This document shows, one piece after another, positions 50,552 to 61,500 of a stretch of DNA of 64,000 nucleotides (positions are counted from its first letter, which is position 1; each line of letters begins with the position of its first letter). The DNA lies in assembly GCA_013265495.1 (NCBI GenBank), contig MU057947.1, forward strand, positions 1,188,048-1,252,047, in the 5' to 3' direction. Both the position numbers and the translations under genes were made by a program. The stretch comes from Vicugna vicugna (lineage: Eukaryota). The notes beneath the pieces are model-generated. The model was not told the origin of the DNA. It worked only from the letters and a program-made list of their open reading frames with translations, and made no database searches.

Positions 50552-50663
50552 CAGGGGAGCCAGCTGTCCCAGCTTGCCCAAGACCGGTCTGGTTTTAGCG
50601 CTGAAATTCGCAAGTCTCGAGAGGTTTCTCAGCCCCCGGCCAACAGGGCAGGTGGTCCTCCAC
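50552..50663. mobile_element. hAT-Blackjack MITE (MER81-like)
   Basis: GGGGAGCCAGCTGTCCCAGCTTGCCC...GGTTTTAGCGCTGAAA...GGGCAGGTGGTCCTCC, with degenerate terminal inverted repeats. Confidence 0.65.
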
Positions 50664-51749
50664 ATGCACAAGTCCCAGCCTGGTGACCTTTCTGTCTCCC
50701 TCCAGCTCCTCACCCGCCAAACACCATCCTGAAATTTAACTCCATCCCCAGCTCTTCCTTACGGCTTTGCCACCCAGAGGGGTCCTGCTAAACAACATTT
50801 TATTTAGTTTTCTCTCTTCTTGAAGTTAAAAGAAAAGTGGGTCTACAATCTGGAGGTTGGGCGGCTTGTTCCTTTGCTTGGCAGTGTGACCCTGAGGCTC
50901 CCCCACGTCCGTGCAGAGGCCTAGTCTGTTTTCACTGCTGTGCAGTAGTCCCTGCGAGCACCCCACGCGTCATCTCCCGCTTGGCACTGGGAGGCGGGTG
51001 CTGGGGCTGCTCCCGCCCTTGTGAGCTGAGTGACCCTGCCCCCACGCTCTCCTGCGTCCCTCCTGGTTTCTGGGCAGCCGATCCTCCAGGACGCACCCCT
51101 GGGGCTCTTTTGTGGCTGGGGCCTTGATGGGCCCACGTGCAGCTTGTCAGGCGACGCCAGACGTCCTGCAGAGCGGAGGCATCTGCATGCTTGTGCGTGC
51201 CTGCTTCTCACGCCTCTTCTGCGTCCTGCTCCTGGAGATTTATCGCCTCCTTTGGGAGACAGGCCACTCCTTTCCCTTCACTTTGTGCAATTCTTTGAGA
51301 GCTGTGTTGAGACTGTTTCCTCCAGAGAGGGTGCGTGTTGACCTCTCCCTGCCACCCCAGACGTTGCCACGAGGTACCAACTTATGTGAATTTCCTGCTT
51401 GGACGTCTTTGGGTTAGTGTAGCGGCAGTTCAGACAGCAGACCTGCCGGAGGATTGGCTTGTGGTTTTCAGGGAAGTTTTTCTCCCTCCGCGGGGTAAGG
51501 GCGGAGACAGGCGCGTTCCCTGCTGTCTTCTGCGCACGGAGGATAATTCTTGCTTCTGTTTAAGGTGGACGCAGGCCTCTGGAGCCCCGTCTGCCTGGGA
51601 AGCTCCCCTAAGATTCTCTGCCTTGAGTCGTCCTTGGGTGTTGTGTTCAGCCAACACATTACAGTAACACAGGCTGATGCACCATTTCACTTGTTTCCAG
51701 GGCGAATGCCCTTCAGGCGTCCATCCTGCCACGCTGCTGGAAGTGGGAA

Positions 51750-52350
51750 GGTGGGTGGGACTTCTGATGCGCGAGGTCAGAGGAAGGCCTTTCAGGCAGG
51801 GGATGCACTGAGCGAAGGCCTGGAGGGGGCACATCCAGGAAACGCTGGGCCGTCCAGGGCCCCTGGACCGTCTCCTTGGCATTGTTCTGGGAGAAGAGCC
51901 TGGGAAAAGCAGGTGGAGGCCTCGGACACTAGACTGGGAAGTCTGGAGATTCTTCATAGGAAAGGAGGACCCGGTGCAATGATACTCATAAGACAGAGGG
52001 CGATCTGGGGGGGAGGGTTGGGCAGATGCAAAGGGGTGGATGCAGAGGATGGGAAAGGGCTCTGAGTGGGGCGGGGAGGGGCCGCGGTAGGAGCTGAAGG
52101 GAGGAGCAGGTAGGAGGCACCGAGCAAGCACAGGAGTGACAGAGCTGAGCACGTTCCAGCTTGCAGGATGCGGAAGATGGGGCCGAGACGCCGGGAAGGA
52201 ATGAGGCGGGAGGCAGCCTCTCGGGGCTGGTGATGTAGGAAAATGACGGGACAGACCGCTGGGGTTTAACTCAGGAGGCAGAGAATGTTCTGGAGCTGAA
52301 AGAGCGGTGAGCACTGGAGGGGCTGAACCCAGAGCCAGCTCAGGGCGTCC
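51750..52350 (-). mobile_element. L2 fragment
   Basis: GA-rich stretch with GGTCAGAGGAAGGCCTTTCAGG and GGGAAGTCTGGAGATTCTTC, typical of antisense L2. Confidence 0.5.
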
Positions 52351-53535
52351 CCAGCTCCGTGAAGCTTGTGACCGGGTGATCTGTCCCCCAGGGGGAGCAT
52401 GTGTGTGTCTTCACCTCTGCGCAGGTGCGGGGTCAGCGGAGAATGGGGCTCTGGCCGTGCCCTCCTCTCTGCCCACACCTGCCTTTGTTGCTGCTGTTCT
52501 GTTTCTCCTCCGTCTCACATCCCAGGAAGCTCGCTTATGTCAGTCTGTACGCGCCTGAAGTTGACAAGCCCCGAGGAATCTGGGAATGGGCCCCCTTGCA
52601 CATCCTTTGTGGACCTTGGGTCCAGTGTTCCTGCTGGCTTTCCTGTCTCCCCTCCTCTCCTCGCTTTGCAAGACATCAGGAAACCAGAGGCCAGGCGAGA
52701 CAGGGAATGGGCAGCATCCCTCAGGACAGGGGTGTGTCCTCCACGTGGTGGAGTGTGTGGTGTGCGGAGCGGAGTGAACTCTGAGCAGGACCAGGCGGGC
52801 TCTTCCCTCGGAGCCGTGACCCGGCCGTCCCAAGCTCGTCTCACTGCTGGTCGGATGACCGGAGTCCGTCTATATGAGGGGCCACACCTGGAGGCTGTTT
52901 GTGCAGGCCCACGTGGCCTCGCTGGGCCTGACCGGGTCTCCTCTGATTCCAGCTGATTCAGCTCCTAATGGTCCACGTGTGTCTGTCCAGAGGGCCTGGC
53001 GGCATCTGCTCCCCACCTGCTGGCTGTGTGATGAGGACCCGGCTGCGGCCGCAGCAGCTGCTTGGACCCACGGTGACCCGCTGCCGCAAGCCCCGTTTCG
53101 CGGGCAATGGACCGCTCTCTATTTTGCTGTGATTATGGGTCAGCGAGTGCCAGGGAGGTGATTCCACTCAGGACTTTGGGTAATGTTTCACATAATGGAT
53201 CACTTCTGAAGTCCCTGATGAAATAGGCTCCCAGGTCTCCACGAAATGGAAGAACTGCTTGGACCCCGTGTTGCAAAAACAGCATTTTCCGTGAGAGACG
53301 CAGAGCCTCAGGGTGGGGTCGCTTCCTCTGTGCTGTAGAACGTGGCCTCACAGGGGGCGAGGAGAGAAGACTCAAGGTCTGCGTGTTCTGCTCTGGTGCT
53401 TACCTCTGCTCAGAAATACTAATTTGGGGAGGATGACGGCATTCCCGGTGTGAACCGCTGGACCCAGGGCGCGCGTCCCCACCCTGTCGCCCCTGCGCTC
53501 TCCTGCTCTAATTCCCCTGCCATGCGCGATGCACT

Positions 53536-53750
53536 GTTGCAGGTAAACTGAGGCGCATTAACATTTCCAAGAGTTTATTTGCACAAACATTGGATCGAAT
53601 ATGGCAGCACCAAGCCGGAGGCGGTTGGAGCACTTCCCCGACAGAAGTGCTGGGAGGTGTCTATAGAGCAGATGCGGAAGCAAAGCAAAGAAGAGCTCTG
53701 ACTGGCCACAGCCGAGCAGCTGCCTGATGCGGGGAGACTGGCGGTCTGTG
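53536..53750 (-). mobile_element. ERV1 LTR fragment
   Basis: TGTTGCAGGTAAACTGAGGCGCATTAACATTTCCAAGAGTTTATTTG, with a reverse poly(A) signal near the left end. Confidence 0.55.
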
Positions 53751-53764
53751 GTGGGGACTGTGTA

Positions 53765-54208
53765 TGGACACAGACGTATGGAAGAGGAGATTCACTACAG
53801 AAACTGACTCACAGGTTGGAGGCCCGGAAGTCCCATGATCTGCCGCTGGCAACCCGAGCCCCAGGGGAGCAGGTGGTGCAGTTCAGTCCGGTCTAGAGGC
53901 CTGAGAGGTGGGGTGACGGTGTGAGTCAGTCCAGGTCCGGAGGCCGGCGGCCCCGGAGGCACCGATGTCCCAGGGCGGGAGGACACGAATGTGCCAGCTC
54001 AAACTACGAGAACATGTTTGCTCTCCTCCTTTGCCGTCTTGTTCTCTCCGGGCTCAGTGCACGGGTGACGGGGTGACCGCCACCCACTCCGGTGACTGGA
54101 GTGCTGGCCTCTCCCAGAAGCACCAGCACAGACGCACCAGGAGTAATGTCTGCACTATCCGGCCAGCCCGCAGCCTGGTCAAGTTGGCACAGAAGGTTGG
54201 CCATCACA
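53765..54208 (-). mobile_element. ERVL LTR (MLT2B-like)
   Basis: GAAGTCCCATGATCTGCCG...CCCAGGGGAGCAGGTGGTGCAGTTCAGTCC, ending GTCAAGTTGGCACAGAAGGTTGGCCATCACA. Confidence 0.8.
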
Positions 54209-54227
54209 GACGGGGCCCGAGCTCCTT

Positions 54228-54390
54228 AGCAGTGTATTTCAGATGGGGTTGGGCTGGGGGGTGGGGTCACAGTGAGAATGCAGTTCCCAGGCCCCACTTG
54301 GCTGCCCAGGAATCAGGACCGTGGGGGACGGGGTGCTCACCAGCACCTCGGGGGAGTCCCGTGCACACTGAAGTCTGAGGTTCCCGGGCT
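54228..54390. mobile_element. hAT-Charlie MITE (MER5-like)
   Basis: AATGCAGTTCCCAGGCCCCAC...GAATCAGGAC...TGCACACTGAAGTCTGAG. Confidence 0.5.
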
Positions 54391-54779
54391 GGGGAAATGC
54401 TGCTGGCTGAGGGCCTTCTCCTGCAGCGGGAGCCTGAGGCTGGGGGTCCTGGGCAGGCCCACCTGGCCCGGCCGTGTCCTGAGGGCGCTGAGAACTCCCA
54501 GAGGAGGCTTCAGTACCCTCCGGGCACCGATGTCCCCGTGGAGCTCTGGAGGCTGCTGATGCCTGGGCCCCACCCCTGAGAGTCAGGACGTGTGGGTCTG
54601 GGGTGGGCCAGGCGTGGGCCGGCAGTGGCACCCGGTCACGGGTGGCCGGTGTTGAACTGCACGTCTTCGACTCAGGTTTCGGGGTCCGTCACTGGGCCCA
54701 GACGGAGGCCAGCAGTGTGCTTGGTGCAGCGGCGCTCGCCAGGCTCACGGAAGCCACTGCCGTTTCGGGTGCTGGTGGG

Positions 54780-55060
54780 ACTGTGTTTCTCCATCCCCTT
54801 GAAATTAGACTTGGCCGTGTGACCAATTCTGGCCGGTGGGTTGGGGAGGCTTACTGGTGCCAGTGAGAAAGATCGGGCTGCTTGTGGCCACACTGGACAC
54901 GCCGCGAGGGTGGGAGACAGCCGGCTGGCTGCTGGCGGTGTTTGTCTCTGAGTGCGACCCTAGCTTCTCCCAACCCACACGTCGGGCTTCGCACACACGT
55001 GCTGAAACTCACGATGGTCTTGCGCCGTAAACGCCCTCTTCACTGCCTCCACAGAACAAG
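54780..55060 (+). mobile_element. old MaLR LTR fragment (MLT1H/J-like)
   Basis: CCCCTTGAAATTAGACTTGGCCGTGTGACCAATTCTGGCC. Confidence 0.4.
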
Positions 55061-58000
55061 CAGACGGTGTGTTCTTCTTGGAGCCTTTCCTCCTGTTTTG
55101 TTTCTAAAATGTCAGCCATTGATGAATGAAGCCAGTCTTTTGATGCTTAAATGCGCCCCACTGCCTTGTAAGGTTAGTGTGCTGTGAGACGCATTCAGTT
55201 CATGGAACCTGGTTATTTAGTTTGTCCCGAGGAAACCAGTGTTACGTCAGGCAAAAAATCCAAAGTGATTAGAGCAAATGGTGGTCTTTTCTCATGAAGA
55301 AAAAGACCTCCTGAAAATTGATTGATCCTTGCGCCATCTGCCTGCTGGAACTCTGCTCTTTTGACTTTTACGGAGGGAAGTCTCAAGCTAGGGAGAAAGA
55401 AGAAAGCACATCACTTACTTTAAAATGCGTTTCTTTTCCAGGGGAAAATTTAGCAGCTGTGATGGTTATGCTGCTTTTTGTAGGGTTTTTTTCCAGCGCA
55501 TAATATGCTAGACTTACCGTGAGGTTTCTGCCAGGGTGAGAGCCTGCATTAAGGAAGCGATGATTCTTACTTTAATTCTTGACTGGAGTGACGGCTAGGC
55601 TTAGGGGAGGAGCTGGAGACTGCTAGGATAATAGAAGAGAATTTATTGAGTTCAGGTGTCCTGACATTTGCACTTTGGGAAATTTCTGTTCAGGCTTCAG
55701 GGAGAAATAATTTTAAAATACTAGTATGCGTGAGCCGCTTTTACGAAAATTCAGTGCATGTTTAAAAGTTTTTTTTTTAAGCTCTGAACTCCTATTGGGG
55801 TTGAGTTATTGTATGGCTCTTCTTCAAAAGCCAGAATTCCTTGAGAAGGGACAGTTTGACTTTTTCTGAAATATTTTATGTGAAGATAAGAAGCTCTTGA
55901 TCCCCCAGCCTCTGGGAACGCAGTGACGTGCGCCTTCCTCGGCCCAGCTGGAGAAGCGCCGGGAGCCACCAGCCCACGTTCTGGACGCTCTTCCACACCC
56001 CAGCCGCGGAGGTCCTCAGGCGAGCAGGGCCCTGGACAGGGCAGGGGGCTCCCGTCCCTTATGTTTGCGTGCTTACTGCCCCAGGCCAGCAGGTGCTTTC
56101 AGCCCCGGGGAAGCTCGGAAAGCTGAGCGAGCTGTTCCTGATGAGATCCCTGGGGTGATGTTCGTGAGGGCACAAAGTGGCATCTAGGAAGGGGTGTGGG
56201 TTTTGTGAGGAGGTGCGCACGTTCACCTGGGGTGCCGGCCCCCCGGACCAGGTTTGGGTGGTGGAGACGCATGATGGAGCAAGTGCCTTCCACTGGGGAG
56301 GGAGCCCCCGTGAAGCCTTCCCCATGGTCCTCTCCTGCCCCCTCCCCCCATGGGAAACTGGAGGGAGCATCCAGAGGCCAGGGGTGGGGAAGGGAGGAGG
56401 GCAATGTGGGAAGGGTGAGCGGGGCACAGAGGCGTGGTCTCTCCAGACCACAGCCCACGGGGTATCTTCTGGTCAACATGGGAGCTTGGCTTGCGGGTGC
56501 CCTTGGGGTGGCGTCTGGGGCTATAGAATCACCTGATTCAGGGTCTCGTGGCATTTGCTTTCTTTTCCTTGGTGAGCAGACTTCAGGACATAAGAGGAAA
56601 CCTCATGCCCCCTTCCTGTGCAATGCAGCGCCCACCCGTGCTTGGCCTCGGGAGGAGGAGCTGAGTCCGCTGTGCCCAGTGCCGCCTTCGCCCCGGCGTC
56701 CTGGTCCACGGTGTCCCCAGTCACACAGCAGCTTCCCCAGTGCTGTTCCAACAGGGGCTGACCTTGCTGTCTGTAAACAGTGGGAAAGCCTTGCTCTCCA
56801 ACCACGCTGGGCGACGCCTCTGCTAGAACAGTCTGCTAAGGGCCTTCCAAAAATGAAACATTACCATAGGAATAAAGTGTGGGAATGGCCCCTCTTGTCT
56901 TCTGGTGGCTCTTCTCTAAACGGCCGTTTAATTGTACTGCTCACGTGGCTCCCTGGCCCGGGAGGGTGGAAAGTACCCAGTTTGCTTCAGGCCACGCCCT
57001 CTGTCGGTTTGCAGTTTCAGCGCAGCGCTTGTCTTGTATGTCTGCGGCAGCACAGCTTTCTGCCCTCGGCTGAGGGCTGCACGTGGCGGGTGGGCAAAGG
57101 GCTCCGACCGCGGAGGGCGCGGCTGCGTTGGAGCGTGAGCGGTTCTGGCAGCAGAGCACTGGAACCCAAGCTCTCCCCGCGCATCTGGAACAACTGCGGG
57201 GGTGTGTACAGAAGCAAACACCAGGCCTGGGATGCAGGTTCCCCTCGGTGGTCATTCAGGCTACCACGGGGCAGGGAGAGAAGGGGAAGGTTTCGTGGGC
57301 GCTGACCAACAATGCGGGACACTACACGCCGTGGGTCCACTGTCCCCAGGCCCGGGCGGGGCTCGGATCCTTCCTGAAGGTGGGCTCCTGTGTGTGCTGT
57401 GAGCAGTCGCTCTGCTCTGCTGGGGGAGAGGCCAGCACTTGGCGGGTCTCCTTCCCAGGTCCCCCTCCCCTGGGCCCCACCCAGGAGGCAGTCCTGTGGC
57501 CACCCCACTGTCCCAGGAGCCAGCATAACCAGAAGTGGTCACGGTGGTCGGCCCCCTGTGTTTTCTGTACGTAGACTCACTCCCCAATTGTTCATTTTGG
57601 TAAAAATGTTGGGCTGGACACAATCTCAATTTGTGACATTTTCGGGAAAATCAAAATGGGGATTTCTAGGTGGCTGTGCTGGTTGCCTTGCTAAGGTCGT
57701 CTTCCCCATGCACTGGCCAGCCCTTCTTCTCGGGACCTTTGGCAGGTCCTGGCTCAGAGGCCGGGGCACAGGGCTCCGGGGCGGGGGGTGTGTCCAGCCG
57801 GCAGGTGCCTGCTGCTCCTGGAGGTGCCGTGGGGAAGGGCCCCGGCAGACGCCTGACAGGTGACAGTGGTGACCTCTCAGTGGTGGAGGAGGGACAGCCT
57901 CACCAGATGTTGCGCAGGCTCTGTCCTCTCTCCGCCTTCCTGGGAACAAATGACCAGGTCTGTTAGCCCTGCCCCCAGGGGCGCGCGGTTTTGTAACTAG

Positions 58001-59745
58001 GGTGGGGCTGCTCCTTCCCCCTGGGAGAAGAGGGTTGGAGCTAAACCTGGATCAATACGGTTTTACGGCTCTTTCACAGTATACCCATTGATCTTGTAGA
58101 ATTTAGCGTTTCATTCTACTGAGAAAGGATGCTTCTTACGGACACGTGTCTTCACCGCTCCGGGTCCCGGCTGCGCACCACACACCTCCCTCCCCCGCTC
58201 CCGCTCCTCCCCCCGGCAGGTGCAGGGCTCCAGTCCCGGAGCCGGCGCTGCCGCTCACCTTGCCCGTCAGGGCCCGTGGCTTTCCCAAAGATGTCTAGCT
58301 ATTTTGTAGTCAGTCGTGCAGTGGCCACGAGAAGGGGCTGAGGCTGGACCCTGCAGGCCCACTTCCGCCACTTTCCAGCCACGACACATGGCCGTGGCAG
58401 GCTTCTCCTGTGCTTCACGGTTATGACTTGCGAAGGGAGCTCACAACACTCCCGCCCAGAGCCTCACTGTGAGGTTAAGTGAAGCGGCACCTGCAGTGTG
58501 CCCGGGCCAGCACCCGACAGACTGAGAACTGAGTAACAGGCCCTGACTCTCACTGTGTGGGCCCGGAGTCCCGCATCAGACATAATCTCTGGGTCGGAAA
58601 AACTCAAAACGTTGGAAGTGAACCAAACAGCACTGAAACGATTGCTACCAAGTTCCCACACCTGGTGGTGGCAGACGAGGCTCAGACCAGCCCCTGAGAG
58701 CAGCTGGGGGAGCTGGAGAAGGAATCTGAAGGTTCTGTTTCAGAGAGCCACCCGGCTCCAGGGGACGAGGGAGATGTGGAAAGAGGAGCCTGTTTCCTGG
58801 GGCAGATTTTATCTGGGGTGGGGGGCGTCTGCAGGTTCTGACAATCGTGTCTCAGCGGCCGGGAAACTGAGCAAGTTATGATCAGGTTCTGGGGAAGCCA
58901 AAGCTTAAAGTCAGATTGTAATGGTGAGAGGACGCAAGCGGTGCTCTTCAGGACAAGCGCGGAAGGAGTCTCACGAGAGTGAAACTGCGGGGCTGGGAGG
59001 GATAAAAGGGAGAGTGAAAATGCCTGAGGAGTCTAAGAGAGGGCCGGGAAGAGAGGCAGGAACACAGCGGTGGACGCACAGGAAGCAGACGGTAGGACTG
59101 GGCCTCCATCCCGATAGGTCTGCGACCCCTGGGCTTCGGAAGGGGCCCCGAAAGTCTGCAGCTCAAGCAAAAGGAAACACCAGAAATGGCGGCGCCCACA
59201 CAGACTCGACCGAAACTGCCCACCTCTGGCCGGGTCACAGGCGACCTGGGGTTACCGCCTGAAAGAAGGAGAGGACACACTCCCCAAGGGGAGCCCAGCA
59301 TTGAAGTCCACACCTTGTCTTGGCTACTCTTTCATGTGCAGATTTTTACATTTCATAAAAAAGCACGTACACACAACAGCTAGTGTATGAAGAGATAAAA
59401 ATAATAAAAAAATTAAAAGAACAATTGGCAAAGCAGATCTGCGTGGTATCCAGGAAACAGAATCATCAGATGTGACTAGAGTTATCAGATGCAAAAGTTA
59501 GAATAGCCACACTTAGTCTATTCACGTGAAGGAAAGATAAGAATGATAAAACCTGACGCGGAGTCAGGGACTGTAAGGAGAGAATGGCGGTCGGTCTAGA
59601 GCTGGAAAGTCCCCTGAAGGCCGTTAACCACCCGGGGGTTGCGCTTACCAGCACACGAGACAAGGGAAGCAGCATCGTAACCCGAGGGCGGGTCGGGAGG
59701 ACGTCCAGACTGAGTCACTGGGAGACAAAGGGTGGAAAACATTTA

Positions 59746-60215
59746 CCCTCAAAGTGGTCTCATAGGAAGCGCTCTATGAGACATGCAGGAAAAAATGGTT
59801 GAAAATGGGCATTTCCTCGTGGTTGAGCGTAATGCCTGAGGTCGGGGCCCAGGAGAGGGGAGGGAGCAGACAGAAGATGCTGAGCGGTGCTGCGTTCTTT
59901 GTGTCTCCCTTGGTGGAGCCCCATCTGGGTGAATCCTGTTTGGTGTGGGTTTGCCCTTGCTGACAAGAAAATGTGGTTAAAACTCTAAAATCATAGTTTG
60001 GGCCAATTCGATTGCAGTTGATTGTGTTTTTACTTTCCACAAGATAAACACGTTGCTTTTCATTTTCTTTATTTTAGATCCAGCTTGACCAACAATTGAC
60101 CAATAAAAGCTATTTTTGTGGAATGACACTTGTAAAGATAGTAGCATTTAAAGAAAAAAATTTTGTGTGCTCTTGGCCTTGTGTTTTGCTGTCAATTTTT
60201 AAAAATGTTGATACC
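59746..60215 (+). mobile_element. probable piggyBac-family DNA transposon 5' fragment (Looper-like)
   Basis: Interrupts L1 at TTTA|CCCT, a degenerate TTAA|CCC piggyBac end. AAAAAATGGTTGAAAATGGGCATTTC recalls Looper. No right TIR is seen. Confidence 0.45.
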
Positions 60216-61295
60216 AGTAAAAAAAAAATAGTAAACAAAGCAGATAAGGATAAATATGCGGGTGTATTTACCAGCATAGTTACGCTAATAATGTCTTATA
60301 GGTTGTAACGTACATAGCATTAAAACACATACATTCAATAACCTGCAGATTGGGGGTAATTAATGAAGCGACATTGCTCTAATTAGCAGGAAACTTATAG
60401 CCTTAAATTCACGTATTAAGATACAAGCTAGTAATTAGTCACCAGAGAATCCAATCCTACGAAGTAAATTATACCCGAAGAAGGTGGAAGGATAGAAATA
60501 AATATAAGAATATAACTCGATGAAAAGGAAAATAAATACACAATACAGAGATTACACAAAGCCACAGCTGATTATTTGAAAAGATTCCTTGGTAATTGAT
60601 AAATCCCTGGTAATAGCAATAAAATATTAACAAAATCTTCGACAGAACCAAAAGCAAATATCAGGACAGCAAAGACGCCGCCAAGGACACTGTCGTCATG
60701 ACAACGATCGTAAGACGACAGTCATCTTGACAGATTTTACAGAAATAAAGTTGAACATTTATGTGAAATTGCCAAATTCCTGGAAACATAAGTTAAAAAA
60801 TGGATCCAATATTCTCATCAGAATTAAATATATCAAATTTATGATTATATTTACACATGTACACACAGAGGACACACTCCATGTTCAGAGGGTTTCACCA
60901 GCAGGTTCTGTCGCACTTCGGTGGAAGAAATCACGTCAGCCCTACACAGGATCTTCCCGAGAGCAGGAGGAGGAGACACTGGTTCTGATTTCTCTGACAA
61001 GAACTGAGTAATATGGAAGACAGGTTGACAGAGATAGTACAGAAAGAGAAAAGTTAAATTCTGCCGTACTCACAAGTGTAGATTTAAAATCCTAAGCAGA
61101 ATATTAATCAAACGGAGTCCAGCAGTGCGTGGAGAAGGTACTACATCATGTCCGGGTGGTGCCTGTTTTGAAGTTTAAGATAGATTTAACATTTGAAAGT
61201 CAATCTGTGTAATTCAGCATTTTTTCAAAATAAAAGTGAAAACTCAGCCTTTCAACAGATGAGGGGAAAAAAAGCACTTGATGAGAAGTCTTACA

Positions 61296-61500
61296 GGGGG
61301 AGAGTATGGGTCATCTGGTAGAATGTGTGCTTAGCATGCGTGAGGTCCTAGTAGGTTCAGTCCCCAGTACCTCCTCTAAAAATAAATAAACCTAATTACC
61401 TCCTTCCTCCTGCCGAAATAAAAATAATTAAGTAATACAATAATAAAGTTTAAAAATATTAAAAAATAAACTGCTGGAGAAAATTTTTTAAATTTAAAAA
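61296..61500 (+). mobile_element. tRNA-derived SINE, camelid vic-1-like
   Basis: GGGGGAGAGTATGGGTCATCTGGTAGAATGTGTGCTTAGCATGCGTGAGGTCC (A box), GGTTCAGTCCC (B box), then CAGTACCTCC...AAATAAACCTAATTACCTCC and an A-rich tail. Degenerate TSD AAGTCTTACA / AAATCTTAGA. Confidence 0.85.

Larger units (their letters stand above)
49985..51330 (-). mobile_element. old L1ME-like 3' region, interrupted by MLT1C and MER81
   Basis: TACATACAAAG, GGTCAAGTCAGAATATT, ACCATCCTGAAATT, CTAAACAACAT and TTTTCACTGCTGTGCAGTAGTCC follow L1ME 3' UTR order. Confidence 0.55.

Noticed and set aside
51430..52314. 294-aa minus-strand ORF
   Set aside because: Overlaps a decayed L2. Pro/Ser-rich composition with no intact RT motifs.
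56196..57305. Longest ORF in the track (369 aa)
   Set aside because: GTG start, Gly/Pro/Arg/Trp-rich composition typical of GC-rich non-coding DNA, many overlapping ORFs on both strands, and no recognisable domain.
61296..61372. tRNA-like sequence
   Set aside because: It is the head of a SINE, with a SINE body and A-rich tail and no intact cloverleaf.
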